64,000 bases of DNA, taken from Paraspadella gotoi (lineage: Eukaryota; Animalia; Chaetognatha). Positions within the stretch are counted from its first letter, which is position 1, and every line of letters starts with the position of its first letter. The stretch covers positions 17,263,172-17,327,171 of the forward strand of contig CM119265.1 in the NCBI GenBank assembly GCA_051294375.1, given 5' to 3'. The notes beneath the pieces were generated by a model. That model was given only the letters and a program-made list of their open reading frames with translations, was not told the DNA's origin and ran no database searches. Shown here piece by piece: positions 26,101-40,166 of this stretch. The translations under genes and the position numbers were made by a program.

Positions 26101-27385
26101 CAGCGAATGTTTAGAATCTCTTGACGAAGGCTTGGAGCCTCTGGACAAAGGATTAGAGGCTGCGGATGAACCCGACGACTTTTTGGCGGATGCGTTCGAG
26201 GCGGCGGAAATTGACTCGGCGGCAGAGACCGGGGGTGGGGAGGGTGAGGACTGGGGTGGCGGCGCGGGAGGCGGCGCCTGCTGCGGCGGAAGCGGCGGTG
26301 ATAGAGTCTTTGATTCTGAAGACGAAGGCTTCGGCGAAGACGTCATCGGCGCCGATCGGGAACTAAAGACCGAAAAAACAAAATCTATTAATGATTATAT
26401 AATATATACGTATATAATAAATATTCTAACCCTCCATCAGATCATTCCAGATTCATCTAGAACAACCAGACACTTATTCTAAAAAAAAAAATTGATAACT
26501 AATTGTTAATAATTTAAAACAAACAAACCTCTGGCTCTGGACAGATTGAGGACGCGAACCGCGAATGGAACTCAAACGCGAGATTCGATCAGAAGCGGAC
26601 GAATGAATCTGAAAGTCCAGGTTCCAAAGATTGAATTTCCATTTCTCGTAATTGCGAAGAGAAAAACTAATCTTTAGGAGATATTTAATTTTGTTTCTTG
26701 AATCCTTAAACACGGATTTCCAATGGGAGTGACATGAAAAGAGTTGTTATAACTATTAACTGACTGGCTGTGATTAATATTTGTTAATTTCATTAGTTGG
26801 AAAATTCTCTTATAAGTCAATTTCAAACTCATTGTTAAAAAAATTGAGCCGAATATTTCAATTTCTTTTACATTCATTATAATGTAAAGTTCATTATAAC
26901 ATTCAGTATAATGTCTTGGTAACATGCAAAAGCTTTTGACATTCTGATTGCTCAGACACATACTTCGAAGTCTATATTTGTAAGATGAACCAAAAATTTT
27001 TAACATTACATTTTTTTTCATAAAAATATCTTTTATAACAGTAAGATTCTACGTTTTAAATTAAAAAAAATTCCTCTTTTGAAAAAACCATTGATTAGCA
27101 CATAGCTAAGAAAGTAACCAAGCTGGACAACTGGGAGTTAAAAAATATTAAAAGTCAGCGATTATTTTACCATGGTGCAAAATGAGTATAAGTATGGTGG
27201 ACTAAAATCCTCCTACCGTTTATCAGCTTTTCATCTTTTCATTTCACTCCCATCCGTGTAGTATTCTAAAAAAATACTCAACTTACAGACTCAACTTCTT
27301 CTTCGGTTGTGACTTCTTCGTCCTCCGTCAGATGGGGACTCGTCTGACTCGCTTCGTCACGGGTTTCCGGCGGAGTCGACGCCAT
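23154..27385 (-). CDS. Uncharacterised multi-exon protein: acidic/Pro/Ser-rich N-half, coiled-coil C-half
   Basis: ATG at 27385 (MASTPPETRDEASQ..); a series of GC-richer exons with GT-AG borders at 23.8-26.6 kb encoding coiled-coil-like LRSKLTKAQREMAAKISSLNNML; putative last exon ends ...QLKFRSSY* at 23154. Ends uncertain. Confidence 0.55.
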
Positions 27386-29129
27386 CTTTTCCCACTTGTC
27401 AGACTTTTGTTACTTATGATCTTCATAAAAATGTCGCGCGATAAAAAAAGGGAAAATATTTTTTTCTTTAAATTTTAAAGTATTGTTTTCTTTTTCTTTT
27501 TAAAATGTTATTAAAAATTTGAGAAAAAAACTGCCACTTGTCATAACTATTGACATTTTTGGTCAGGGGAACTTTTTTTTTTTCCTCGAACCGGCGCCTT
27601 TCGAATGCGACTCTTCGATATCGTAGAGGAATTTTCGCTCCTCCTCTGTCGTTATATTAGGGAACCAGAGTCATGAGTTTTGCGACGTCGGTTGAGAAAT
27701 GGAATCGTGCATGCGGAGAAAGCGAGAGGGAGAGGGAGCGAGTTGTAAATGGGTAATGAGGCAATGGAGGGGGGGGAGAGGATGAGGTGGCGATGGCACG
27801 CTAGGTTCGTAGAGCCATCGCGGAACTTCGGGGTCATGATGGCGTAGGGTATGATGCGTTCGGGCTCGTTCTACGACGTTCATGTTCTCTTTGGCAACAA
27901 CGACAACGAGACGAGTAGATTTATGGAGCGAGTCTAAGGGGATAGTTGGTTGGACATAGGAATTCGCTTGGTGGACGGGAGCTGCTCGCAAAAAAGTTCC
28001 CGACGACGTCATAGCATTCGTCGTCGTTGTCGTCGTCTCGTGACGTAGACAACTTTTTCGAGAAAAACTTGGCAACAAAAATCGATGTCCAGCCTAGTCG
28101 TCGTCGTCGTCGTCGTCGTTTTCATAATTTATCGTCTCTTTAATGGTCGTCATCCCGAGTCTGGGGTCGTGGAATGTGTTAGATTAGATTCTTGGCCTCA
28201 GACATGAATTTTTCTGCATTTTTTGTATTCGTTGCGCACTGGACATTCTGATGATGAATGAAGCCTCTCGCTAGATTATTAAAACGGGAGTTTAATTTGC
28301 TCGGCTCGAAACTCAGGAACGTTCCTTCCCCTTTCCATCATTTTCCTGTCAAAGATTAACGCAATTCTTATTATTTGAAAAATGCAATGACAAGGCTTTT
28401 ATTTGAAATATTTTTTTTACTTCGCCAAGCATTTTTATTGTTTGGTCAGGTCTTTTTCTCATTCGTTTCTTCTTAATTTTTGGCACGTTCGTTATTCCGA
28501 TGCAGATTTGTCTTTTCATCGCCTAGCAACGGGTAAATTGCGGGAAATCCCGCCAAGTTGCGAATTTTGAAGGAGCTGGGAAATAGATATTAATAAAGGA
28601 TAATTGGCGATGGAAGCTTCAGAAATGTAAGAAAAACAGAAACGATGCAAGATATAATGTTGGGAAAAGTAAAAAAATTATCTTAGATTATTAGGAAAAA
28701 AAATTTTCAGGACTTTTTTGGAATAACACACCATAATCTCAGTATATGGGAATCACATTGACAACCTCTTCACCCCTTCGTTATTTTAGATGCCGAGGAA
28801 TTATACTGCCATTTTTGGTAAAAATTCGGTCGGTTATGATTAAAGCTGCCGCATTGTATTGTCAGACCCATCCTCGTTTGTTGCCATTAGCCGATTCCAT
28901 TAGTCCACGCCCCGAACATATGAATTTTTCAACAAGATCGGTGCATCCAATTTGTTGCGCCGCAGTGAAGATCTTTTCACGTGTTTTTCCTTGTGATCAC
29001 ATGACTATAAAATTTATGTATAACAAACGTCTTTATATTGTATTCGTATTTATGACACGCACTGCATCGGGAATTCCGTATTTTTTTCTTTATAGTTTTA
29101 GGATTTCATGAAAGCGGCGCTATATTTTG

Positions 29130-29296
29130 ATTTTAGGCTTTATCCTATCTTAATAAATGAGCAACCAACTATATGCGAGTTATGAATATAAGCATCTTTA
29201 ACTAAGCGGGACAGATCGAAGGACAGACAGACGGACCCACCGACCGACAGACATACCGACCGAAAAGTGACTCGTACCCGCGGCGCAACTAAAAAT
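29130..29296 (-). mobile_element. Helentron/DINE-1-like repeat fragment
   Basis: (GACA/GACC)n tetranucleotide tract followed by aagtgactcg..gcaactaaaaa; mirror of the element type at 44002 and 45465. Confidence 0.45.
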
Positions 29297-29445
29297 CAAT
29301 GACATCAACCCAAAGACAAACATTAAGCCAGATAGGTTTTGCTCTCAAAATCGATAACCGAAAGCGTCGCTTCTCCATCCTCGTTTCGCTAATTTCACAT
29401 CTCTCCTTGTTTCCGATCGAATGCACAAAAGATTTTTAAAAAATA

Positions 29446-31446
29446 ATGGCAGTTTTGAGAGTGGTTACGATTCCTTGGTATCCGTTTGCGATGCAAGACG
29501 ATCTCACTGGCCAGGTTCGAATTTGACTATTCGACGTTGATTCAAACTCTCTTAAACTGGTCTTTGTCCTTTTAAATTCCTATTCTATACGTAACTCAAC
29601 TTTTGAGCCTTCAATTGAACATTTGAGTTACGTACCGGTCGAACATACAATCTTACCTACAAGGCGACAATTAAAAAAAATATAGTCTTCAGAAAGCTAC
29701 CATTTGAAAACATGTAGGGTTGGGTCGGTTGATCCGAAAGTCTGGGTTTTTTTGTCCTTTCGTACAGAGTAAATAAGTAATCCTCATGAATTGCCTCTCG
29801 TCTCTTTAGTCGGTTATGACGCCGGACTTCCTTTCCTTTCAGTGGAGCGGCGTCTGCTTCGACATATTTAACGAACTTTCCCGTGAAGTCGGGTTCGAGT
29901 ACGAAGTCACGAAAGGCTCCCCGACTTGGGGAGTCCGCGACGCAACGGGTCGATGGACGGGCACTCTGGGCGAGGTGGTCGACGGCCGAGCCGACATCAT
30001 GGTCCAGTCCGTCACCGTGACGTCGGATCGGCTCAAGGTTGTCGTTGCTGCTATTATTTTTGTCGTTTGTTTCCAAAACGGACGGGAGTGCCCGCTTGTT
30101 TTTGATTCCGTTTTCTCTAGAATATTTATTGTTTTTATCAAAAGATGAAAGTATTTTGTTGCTGTTTTTTAACTCGTTTCGATCCAGAGGGAGTTTTTGT
30201 TCCTCTCAATTTTAATTTTCAAGTACTGGAATTCTTTTTTGGCCATGGAACTCTCAACTAGCCCCTCCTGTACCCTGCCTCACAGGACGTCGACTTCCTC
30301 CCCCATTTTCTCTTCAACAATCTCCACGCCCGGATGAAGGTGCGTCACGAGCACGACATCTTCCGCTTCATCCGTCCGTTCAGCCCGTGCCTCTGGTCGG
30401 CGATACTCGCCGCGGTCGTCTGCTTCTCAATCGCCCACCATCTGCTGAGGTGGAGCGAACGCGGCGACGTCGATCGCGGTTTCGGCGATAGCGTTTGGTT
30501 CTTTATTACGGCCATATTGGGAATTGGTGCAGAGGTGCCATCGCGTACGCTGGAGGTGCGCATTCTGATGGGTGCTTGGTTCTTCTTCTGCTTGGTCGTT
30601 GTCTCCAGCTATACCGCAAACATGACCGCTTTCCTAGGGGAGAAACCGAGAACGATTCCATTCAAAAACGTCAACGAGGTTGGGCGGGGGGGGGGGCGGA
30701 TAGTGGATATAAAAATATAAAACGAAGATTGGTTCCTTATGATATTAAAAAAGTTCAAATTCTCTTTTTAACATTCGCGAAGGAAAACTAAAAATATAGA
30801 TAACTGGAGGCGATTAATTAAAATTTGGATTGAATTTCGATCTTTCCGTATTTTCCTCTTCTCCCATTTCCTCTTCTCCCATTTCCTATTCTCCTAGCTT
30901 CTCGCCCAAGACAAGATCCCCATCGTGATCCCAACCGGAAGCTCGACTGAGACCTTCTTTACCAACTCGTCGTCGCCGCTCCTAATGGACGCGTATCGTC
31001 GCGCCCTCAGTCGCGGCGACGTCGTGCCCCTCGACGACGAGAGCGCATTTATCCGCCGCATGGAGGCGGGCAAGGCGGTCTTGTCGGAGTCGAAAATTTT
31101 CGAGGGCGCCGGCAAGGAATGCGAGTACATCGCCGTCCCCGAAACCCTCAACCGCCTACCAATCTCCTTCGCCATCCGCCGGGGTCATCCCCTCCGGCGG
31201 AACCTCTCCTCCGCGATGATCAACTTGATGACCTCCGGACGAACGGAGCGAATCGTATCAAAGTGGAAGAGGAAGGATCGTTGTCAGCCCCGGGATAAGG
31301 AAGGCGTGGAGGGGCTCAGCGTCGCCGACATGACTGGGCTCTTCGTCGTCGTCGGCTTAGAACTCTGCGTGGCCCTTTTGTTGGGATTCGGGAGAAGGGT
31401 GTTCAGCGCGGTTGCGCGGTCGAAGAAAACCGCCGTCGCTGGGTAA
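29446..31446 (+). CDS. Ionotropic glutamate receptor-like / IR-like channel (no amino-terminal domain visible; true start may be upstream)
   Basis: Exons MAVLRVVTIPWYPF / WSGVCFDIFNEL..GRWTGTLGEVVDGRADI..VTSDR / DVDF..FIRPFSPCLW..DSVWF..SSYTANMTAFL / GSSTE..FAIRRGHPLRRNLS..KW..M4. Confidence 0.85.
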
Positions 31447-31576
31447 CTTGCGAAATTTTTTTTTCACTTTTAGTTTTACTCCTTTGCTTAGGTATTTAAC
31501 TTGCGTTTTCATTTTTGATTCAATATTAATAAAATAAATAGTCTCTCTCTCTCTCTTTCTCTTTCTCTCTCTCTCT

Positions 31577-31627
<51 letters not shown>

Positions 31628-32344
31628 AAGTTTCTCACGCTCCAATCATCCGCCAATCACTTCCTTATTGTCAGCTATTTCGTCATTTCGCTATCATGGA
31701 GATAAATCGGCTTTTTATCATCCCCCTCACCTTCTCTGTCACATTTGATCTATTTCCTCGCACCAACGTGTGAAAGACCTCATTATTTATTCACGAACGT
31801 CTTTGTGAATGAGGTGTTGATTTCGAAGAACCAATAGGTGATATGCGATGCGATATTCATGTTCTATGCGATTTGATTTTATAGAGAACTAGAGATACAC
31901 AGAGAGAAAAATAAATTTACTATAATTATTTGGGATTTCTTGATCTTTGTTTCTTTGTATTTTTGTATCATTTAAGTAAGTAGACAGGGATTTCAATACG
32001 AAATAAAAGTGGAATTTTATTATCAGAAAATATACAAGAGAAGACAGTGTCAATTTTCAGACAGTGAATCAAAGCAGAAACAGCCTATTTATAAGGGGCA
32101 AGTTGAATTATCATAAAATAGATTTTTCCTGAAATTAAATTTAAAACAAGTTCAGTCACTTCATGGGTCCCTTTTTTTATTTCGCGCGACGAGAAACACG
32201 AATTCGTTCGTGCGCGTCCAACGCGCGATGGACGCAGTCGGAATTACTGTTTTTTTTTCTCGAACCTCTTTCGCCTTAAATCTGGATAAAGTACATAGAC
32301 GTCGCCAGTTTTATTTTGACCTATCAAACAAATATTTAGACATC

Positions 32345-34055
32345 ATGTCAGCGAAATGGACGAATTTTTTTGTTTTGATTCGTTTTATTTTCATCGCGAA
32401 GATTTGCGCGGGAAGAAAAACTTTGAGAGGTAAAACGTAATCTGAGGCGGTGTGAATCTACCGCCTCAAATCGAACGGTGATGTGATCAACGTTGTCGTT
32501 TTTGTATTATATAGCGCTTTGTTCTCCTACGTGTTGCAGTACAAGTCGGCGTTAGTTGTTATGATGCTGTTGTACTTTACGGTTGACAAGTCTGCTTTTA
32601 ACTTAATTTACGCCGGGTCGTATCAAATCTCGTCTTTTTCTCCCCTTGCGCGCTCTTAGCCCCCGCCTCTCAGGTCCGTCTTGCCAGTGGCGGCGATCGC
32701 TTCGGCCGCGTGGAGATTTCATTGGACGGTGGCGTCGAATGGGGAACCGTTTGCGACGACTTTTTTACGCGGGAAGCCGCTAGGATCGTTTGCCGCCAGG
32801 TCGAACATGTGTATTGTGCATTGTGCAGGGTGCATTGTGCAATGTTCGGGCGTTAGGCGGACATCATGTTGAATTGTTGATTGTTTCTTTTCATTATATA
32901 TGACAATATTAACGATTGACATATAGTCATACAATAAATATCAGCGAAAAAAAAAATCGAGTAAACCTCTACTTCTCATTCATGTTGGATGTCGTTTCAA
33001 ATTGAAGTTTGTTTCTCCACGAGGGCGGGCTAATCAATCAATCAATCAATCAATCATAGATTTTTTACAGTTAATAATTTGAGTTTTTTGTTCCAATTTA
33101 GTATTGGCATTAATGTATCGTTAACAGGCGGGGTTTGCCGACGTTGACAAAGCCGTCCCAGTAACCGGCGCCGTTTTCGGAAGAGGCGCCGGCACCGTCC
33201 TCCTCGATGACTTCCGGCGCTGCAACGGCGAAGAAGCAGACATCGCCGGGTGCGGCGTCGATCGGCGTCGATGGAAGTGTGGACACGCAGAAGACGCCGG
33301 AGTTGTTTGTGGAGGTGGGTGGAGGAAAGAAAGAAAGAAAAGAAGAAAGAAAGAAAGAGAAAAAAGATAGAAAAGAAGAAAGAATAAAAAAAATGAGTGA
33401 AAAAAGCAAGAAAGAAAGAAAGAAAGAAAAGAAAAAAGAATAAAAAAAAGAAAAAATGACTGAAAAAAGCAAGAAAGAAAGAAACAAACAAACAAAAAAG
33501 AGAAAAAAGAAAGAAAGAAAGAAAGAAATAAATAAAGTCAAATAAAAAAAAGAAAGAAGAAACAAACAAAGAAACAAAGTAAAATAAAAAAGAAAGAAAC
33601 AAAAAAACAAAGAAATAAAGTCAAATAAAAAGAAAGAAGAAACAAACAAAGAAACAAAGTCAAATAAAAAGGAAAGAAAATAAGAAAGAAATAAAGTAAA
33701 ATAAAAAAGAAATAAGAAACAAACAAACAAAGTCAAATAAAAAAGAATGAAAAAAAAAGTTGCATGCATAAGTAAAAAAAAAAATTGTACGTTTTTATTT
33801 TAGAAGAAATAGGAATTGATATTCATTTTTTTAAATTACAGTAGTTTTCTTCCCATAATTAAGAAAAATATTTTTTCTTGCGTGCCATCTTTTTCATCAG
33901 ATTCAACGAAAAAAAAATCAGGCATTGGTTCCTTCCTCAACTCAAGCCCTGGGAATATTTTATCAAATTTATCTAGGCCGACGAATGATCAATTACTGAG
34001 CCCCAAATGCCACATCGACCAACTGATTTGAAAGTCAAACAAATCCTTTTTTTTC

Positions 34056-34099
<44 letters not shown>

Positions 34100-34674
34100 T
34101 CCTTTCAATTATCTCGGCTTTGACGAATCGTCAATGGAAAATTATGTAAATTGGAATTTTTGTTCTCGCCGGGGAAACGAAAACAAACATTTTTTAACAA
34201 CAAAAAATTGTTTTTTCTCTTTTGCGACAGATTTGCGCTCGGTCGGTCTGATTCGCCTTCGCCCCTTTCACTCCTTTCACATTTCCACCTCCTCCTCCTC
34301 CCTCTCCTTCTCCTCCTCTCATTCCCAACTCCCTTCGGCCGGCGTCGTCGAGGTTTCCATCGACGCCGGCGTCAGCTGGGGATCCGTTTGTCGCGATGTT
34401 TTTGACGCCGCCGCCGCGCGGGTCGCTTGCCGTCATCTTGGATTCCGTGGCGCTATCAGTGCCGTACCCGTCTACACTGGCAACTCGGTGAGAAAAAGGC
34501 GCTCGTACGGTCGGCGCCGGCGACGCCGGCCTCCAAGTCGGCGCTTTTTATTAGATTCTTTCTCTCTCTGCGACGGCGAAGAAGAAAACCTTTTTGATTG
34601 CGGAAGAAAAAACAATTGGCACTCTTGCATTGAGGGAGAAGACCAGGCTGCCCTAGATTGTCGCGGTGAGTTAG

Positions 34675-34763
<89 letters not shown>

Positions 34764-35585
34764 TCTTTCTTTCTCTCTCTCTCCCCCTCTATCTCTTTCT
34801 CTCTCTCTCATTCTCATGTGTTCTTTTCTTAAATGTGTTTTTCGTACCAAGAGACACCAGTTCGATGTAAAAAAGATTTGAAGATTTTAAAAATAATTAA
34901 TCCACAAAAAATTTTATTTTAAAAATTATCGAAGGAGTTCGACTCACCGGCGGCGCCGCGCCGTACGAAGGCTTTCCCGAATTTCGGGGGTGGCGTAGTT
35001 GGCGCCGGCTCTGCGCCGACTCTTTCAACTCATCAACGGCCGACCTCGTTTGTCGCTCCGTAGGATTCGGCGCTGCATCCTCTTTCGGCCTTGCGTCTTC
35101 TTTCGGCGCTGCATCCTCTTCCGACGCTGCAGCTGCAGAAAGCGGCGCCCTGACGCTGCATTGCAACGGAAGCGAAGAGACTGCGATCGAATGTCGCAAA
35201 GAAGAGAAGAAATGCGTCGAAGACCTTTGGATCAGATGCGACGAAAAAAGTCAGTTTCATCGAATTTTAATCATTTTTTATCTTTTTTTTTAAAACCATT
35301 TTATTTTTGGATTTTTTTGATGAAAAAAAAAAGAACGGTAAAAACGTCTGCTCTAGCGTTTTTAACGTTTTTGATTTTTTTTACGTCAATCATTCGTGAC
35401 ACCTCGTTCATTTTATCCCTTTTTCTCTGCCTCATCCGCGCCATTCTCTCTCGCTTCCCTTCTTAGTCAGAATTCTGCAAGATTTCCTCCAAAAATCTTT
35501 GGGTCCGGAATTTTGTCAATAAAAAAGATTTCCCAGAATCAGATCATGCTTCGTCCGTTTCATGGGATCTATTTTATTGTTATTA

Positions 35586-35635
<50 letters not shown>

Positions 35636-36231
35636 GTATTCCTTCCCCTCTCCCACCAACTAACTCGACCTAATTTACATTTGGCTAAATCCTTTCTATT
35701 TGGAAACCAACTCATCGATTTCAATTGTGCCAGATTCTTTCCAAAAGCCAATGACGCCAAAATTGCCAACTGAGCTGATACATTGCACCTCGGGTCTCAT
35801 ATAGGGATCCATCGATGTTTTATTTCTCTCTTTAATTTAAGGATTCGCGGTTTCCATGAATTCAAAATTTCGTTGGGAGTATCAATTTCTTTAATTATTC
35901 CGCGACGCATCATTATTTCATACCTATATGTCGTTTCGGTATCTGAGAGGATGCGTCGCGGCGACCCTACTCTCTAAATACTTTACTCGAGTTTTATCCT
36001 TCCGTATTTGCTCGCAAGTGATAAAAAATTCATGCCGAGAAGGTCCATGTCAACTTTGTCAACGGTGTCGGCTCGCGCTGACAATCATCTGACCTTTCCA
36101 CGACCACCTTTCAATCTTTGATAACCACCCTTTTTATTCATACCCAACTTCAGATACACGCTTCGTTCGCTCCGACCAAGTTTCCGCCGACACCCTTCAA
36201 ATCTTTCTCGACGGTGAATGGAGCGAAGTTT

Positions 36232-36271
<40 letters not shown>

Positions 36272-36868
36272 ATTTGACGACGAAGAAGCCGGCGTTGTTT
36301 GCCGATGGTTGGGATTCGCGACGGGGAGAAGGGAAAAGCCCGAGAAAGAAAGACTTGATAGAGGTGGGAAAGTAAAGGGGGAAGGAGGAAGTAATGGAAT
36401 TAAATGGCGCCGTCTGAGATGCAGAGGAAACGAAGAATCCGTCTTTGATTGCGAAATCTCGAAAATTCTCGATTGCGCGGGAAACCGAGCGACCGTCAAA
36501 TGCGTCTCGGGTGAGCGCGCGGTTGGGAAAAAAAAAAATATGCACGATTTGGCGAGGAAATGCGCCCGTTTATGCGTTTTATGCTTTTAGATTCGTTTTC
36601 CATTGATGGACAATCGGAGACGAGGCTGAGAACCACGCCGTCCAGTTTCAGAGGTAAGGGACTAAGGTGTCGATGCGTTGGACAGGGTTGGCGAGGTCCA
36701 TAAAGCACTCGGCAGGACTGTCAAAGTGAGTAAAGCCCCAGGGCAAGAACGAAAATAGGTCAGTGAGGCTATTACCAAATCACTTTGACGATGATGACAG
36801 ATGCCATCATTCCGGGGGCATTTTTCATCTTATTCATTTATCCACTCTCTCTCCCTCTCGCTCTCTCG

Positions 36869-36907
<39 letters not shown>

Positions 36908-37013
36908 GCGCAAAACCATGAAAGTGCAGGCGTGTCGCCGTGAAGGCATGGAATTTTATAAACTGATGAGATTTTAATGAAAGAACGTTTGAGTTCCTCA
37001 CCTCTCTCTCTTC

Positions 37014-37047
<34 letters not shown>

Positions 37048-37417
37048 AAGAACCTTGTTTGTACAACTCTATTTTTCAGAGCAATCACCCTGCCTCAACG
37101 ATTCTCCATGTCACGAGCACGCATCCTGCGTTTCTCGCGGATGGCGCCGGTTTTGCGCGTGCCACGCCGGTTTCGCGGGAGACGGGGTCTCGTGCTACGA
37201 CGTCGACGAGTGTTCGGATCCAAACTCTTGTCACGCTCAAGCCGCGTGTCGCAACACGTTGGGCAGCTACGACTGCTCGTGTCGTTGGGGATTCTGGGGA
37301 GATGGGAAATCGTGTCGCTACGCTTTCCGCGGGAACGGCGTTAGGAACCGACCTACCAGGCGTAGCAAGGTCGTTGGATGGCGGCTACTCTGTATTATTA
37401 TTTTCGTGTTTATTTAA
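32345..37417 (+). CDS. Multi-SRCR + EGF-like domain membrane protein
   Basis: SRCR exons [22 protein letters not shown] (32674-32799), ..[18 protein letters not shown] (33128-33314), and further repeats at 34231-34666, ~34935-35250, 36154-36510; EGF/cbEGF exon [24 protein letters not shown] then a hydrophobic tail. Start codon (signal-like [23 protein letters not shown]) is tentative. Confidence 0.8.
33325..33760. repeat. A-rich low-complexity (GAAA/CAAA)n tract
   Basis: Direct reading; explains the spurious Phe-rich minus-strand ORFs. Confidence 0.9.
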
Positions 37418-37802
37418 CTATATCCGTAACTCTGTTGTTTTCCCTTTTCTGCTTTTAATTAACTCCTTCCCGATACCAATTTATTATCGCTCCGTTGGAA
37501 AATAATGTACGTTTATTATCAAAGGCTTTTTCTGTGATAAAAAAATAATTAATGATCTAAAAAAGCGAAATCTTCTTCTGTTAGCAGTTTATACAGAGAT
37601 TTTGAAAAATTATACTTAATCTTAAATATTTACAAAATTTTTTATCTTAAATTCTGGGGGATAAATCTTCACAATTAAAAAAATACGCACAAAGAAATCT
37701 CGGGTGATTAAAATATCATCTGACAGTAAATCCCCAGTGAGGTTGGGAAAACTTTTCTCCGCCATTTGTTTTTACGGAGATTACAAATTTCGAAGCACAA
37801 CA

Positions 37803-37837
37803 CGGAGGCGTGGGTTCGAATCCCACCGCTGCCACCA
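37803..37837 (+). pseudogene. tRNA-Leu 3'-half fragment with genomically encoded CCA
   Basis: CGGAGGCGTGGGTTCGAATCCCACCGCTGCCA+CCA matches the eukaryotic tRNA-Leu(NAG) variable arm, T-arm and acceptor end; 5' half absent. Confidence 0.8.
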
Positions 37838-38189
37838 CATTTAAGTAATAGACAGGGATCTGGTGAAACCAACGTGGATTATTTACAAGAAAATCGACAG
37901 TGAAAATGGTGTCAATTTTAGACAGAGTGACTCGCCATGAAAACAAGAGCTTTTATACAAGGGGAATCGGATCCGTGACTCGGGCAACTTTGCCCGCCGG
38001 ATGAAGCCCGTGCTGACCATTGGCTGGTGCCATTTGTCGTTCGACCAATGAGAGAGTCTCTTGTAATTTCTTCTCGCGTCGCCGATCCGATTCCGACTTT
38101 AGGTTCGATTCCTCTGCGATGCTGTTGTAAATATTTTTAAATAATTCGCCTGCTAACGATATTGCACGACAGTGACGTTCAAACTGCAC

Positions 38190-38833
38190 TGTGCACTAGG
38201 GTGGAGTGATGAAAAGATTGAGCGATGGAACAATGTTTTTTTGCTGCCTTTGTATATGTAATATAAAATAATTAAGCCCTTTTTTAAAAAAAAATTACAT
38301 AACAGTATCATTAATTAAATTTTTTTTATAGTAATATCCTTATAAAATCATAAAATTTTAAAATCATATTTTTTTTAATTTTAAGAACTGTTTTGGATTC
38401 GCCGGAAAAAACTGAAAAACTTTTGTAAAATATGTTTTATGATATTTTTAGGTTAAAGCTGCGAAAAATGACCAAAACGTATCATATATATATATCATAT
38501 AATAGTTTTTACTACAAAGTAAAGAATTTGACCTTTTTTTTCCATTTTTGACGCTGAAGACATTGAAATTTTTAATAACATATTTTATATTTTTGATCTA
38601 ACTTTTTATGAAGAATTAGAATCTTTAATAAAAATTTAAAAAAAACTATTTAGAAAATTTATCATTTTATAAGAATATTATTATAAATATATTGTAATTA
38701 ATGATACTGTTCCCCAAACAATATAAGCAAAATATTTTTTGTACTCCTTAATCATACTATCTCACGTCTAAATATCCTTGTTTGATCACTCAAATAAAAT
38801 TTATGTTCCCCAGTGCTCCACTCTACTGTGCAC
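38190..38833. mobile_element. Degenerate MITE-like element with terminal and internal inverted repeats
   Basis: gtgcactagggtggag ... ctccactctactgtgcac ends; internal IR ~38300-38360 vs ~38655-38711; related copy at 12586-12960. Confidence 0.55.
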
Positions 38834-38880
38834 GGCAAGGGAACATTTTAAACACCCAACAAAAAAGAGGCATCATGGTA

Positions 38881-39920
38881 GAGCCAAACTTCGTCAATGG
38901 GGTGGGTCAGAAGTTTGATTTGGGAACCTTTCCAAATGAAACTTCATACATTTCTAAGAAAAATTTCAATGGACCAAAATTTTTTAAAATGGCTAGAAGC
39001 ATTAGTAATTAATTTTTTAATATTTATTTATAGATAGAAAATGTCAAAAAAATTTTTTTGAATTTTGTATTTTTAAAAGCAGATTCAAATAGCTTATAAA
39101 AAGTTATTTGCACAAAGTATAATTCTTTTTTCAATATTTTGATGATAAGTGGGTTAAAATTGGGAAAAACCTTAAAAAATCATCATCATCATCATCATCC
39201 GATGATTTTAGCAGTTTTTACTAATTTTTAATAATAATAGATCAAAATTTTAAAAAGTTGTAATTATATTTTTTGCTTAACTTTTTAAGCTCTATCAGAA
39301 TCAATTAAAAAAACTTAAAATATCCCAAAAAGATTTTTGACATTATATAGCGATAAAAAAATAATAATTAACTAATTACTCATGGTTCGGAACATTTTTG
39401 CCATTAAAATTTGAATTCGGTCGGCTACCGCTAATCATGGGTCATGAAAAACATGCAGAAAAACAGCCCTTTACTTTCGGAGTCATCTTTTATTTGCTGT
39501 AGCCGACCAAATTCAAATTTTAATGGGAACAGCATTAAACTAATCCATTATTGGTATTAATTATTGTGTTAAAATATTTTTTTGCAAAAATGTTCCGAAC
39601 CATGAGTAATTCGCTATTTTTTAATTTTTTTTAGATATTTTAAGTTTTTTTAATAGATTTTGATAGAGCTTAAAAAGTTAAGCAAAAAATATAATTACAA
39701 CTTTTTAAAATTTTGATGTTTTATTACTAAAAATTAGTAAAAACTGCTAAAATCATCGGATGACGATGATGATAATGATTTTTTAAAGGTTTTTCTCAAT
39801 TTTAACCCACTTATCATCAAAATATTGAAAAAACAATTATACTTTGTGTAGATAACTTTTCATAAGCTATTTGAATCTGCTTTTAAACTTCTGACCCACC
39901 CCATTGACGAAGTTTGGCTC
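38881..39920. mobile_element. Foldback non-autonomous DNA transposon (GAG...CTC termini, possibly Sola-like)
   Basis: Perfect 36-bp TIR GAGCCAAACTTCGTCAATGGGGTGGGTCAGAAGTTT, plus ~250-bp internal IR (39074-39325 vs 39634-39885) and nested IRs at 39373-39610. Confidence 0.85.
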
Positions 39921-40166
39921 AACTTTTATCCTTCATCTTTTTTTACTCATATCTCTCAGCCTGGTGAATCCCAATCCTCATTTTCCCACCTCGTTTCTCG
40001 CTAATATTTCATGAAGAAAGAGTCGAGCCTGGTCACTAAGATAACCGGCGTTTTCTTAAACCTATTCCCTTTTAATTCTTTAAACCTAAACAATAAAAAT
40101 CGATTCTACGCTTTTTTTCTTTTTTGAATTCTTTATTTTTTTTTAAATTCATTTTTTGACGAAAAA

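Noticed and set aside
33054-33769. Long Phe-rich minus-strand ORFs (similar ones on the plus strand at 25738-26482)
   Set aside because: Artefacts of A-rich or T-rich low-complexity sequence.
36955-37000. Hammerhead-like CTGATGAG...GAAA
   Set aside because: Stem II is poor, stem III lacks a properly placed UH, and no stem I pairing is available.
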